Of a stretch of 64,000 nucleotides of DNA, positions 63,970 through 64,000 are shown piece after piece (the first letter of the stretch is position 1; each line of letters opens with the position of its first letter). The notes below the pieces were generated by a model. That model was not told the origin of the DNA. It saw only the letters and a program-made list of their open reading frames with translations, and searched no databases. A program made the position numbers and the translations under genes. Origin of the DNA: a virus; IMG/VR virus record IMGVR_UViG_3300038299_000184, positions 32,001 through 96,000 of that record; one strand, given 5' to 3'.

Positions 63970-64000
63970 GATCTTAATTAGCTTGACACCACGGTTATTA

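Noticed and set aside
1-64000. Genome-wide stop-codon reassignment (TAG or TGA)
   Set aside because: Conserved genes are full length in code 11 and several end at TAG (portal, NAMPT, ClpX, CCA) or TGA at expected positions; only one suspicious TAG (59640) was seen.
1-64000. tRNA or rRNA genes
   Set aside because: No cloverleaf with a T-loop GTTCRA and acceptor stem was recognised in the intergenic gaps by eye; a covariance search would be needed to exclude them fully.

Overview
64-kb segment of a large T4-like (myovirus-type, probably jumbo) dsDNA phage genome in the standard genetic code. 2.4-13.7 kb is a scrambled head/neck module (portal gp20, prohead protease gp21, gp15, gp14, scaffold gp22, major capsid gp23, small terminase-like gp16). 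0-2.4 kb and 13.7-47 kb hold host-takeover genes: PspA, an NAD+ salvage set (NAMPT, CinA-like/NMNAT fusion, Nudix), a large RNA/tRNA end-repair set (two RNA ligases, Thg1, CCA enzyme, kinase, HAD and metallo-phosphatases, PTH2-like), ClpX and ClpP, two glycan transferases, a signal-anchored lysozyme and several free-standing homing endonucleases. 48-64 kb is an accessory region with ten paralogues that share a ~32-aa N-terminal leader followed by 2-9 HRDGDKPA repeats, a second small family sharing a C-terminal LG(D/E)FxVFxDL tag, and a ~1.3-kb non-coding origin-like locus with divergent consensus promoters and a 47-bp tandem repeat. Window-wide signals: a fixed TAATTA-N5-ATG geometry and TTGAC-N16/17-TANNNT-N5-9-ATG promoters, both implying leaderless mRNAs; about ten late proteins with a capsid-targeting-like N-terminus carrying diverse enzyme domains; and strong over-representation of the heptamer GTGGTGT/ACACCAC. 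All product calls come from motif recognition by eye; no database search was run. Several starts were moved from the ORF track to the ATG/GTG supported by promoter geometry.
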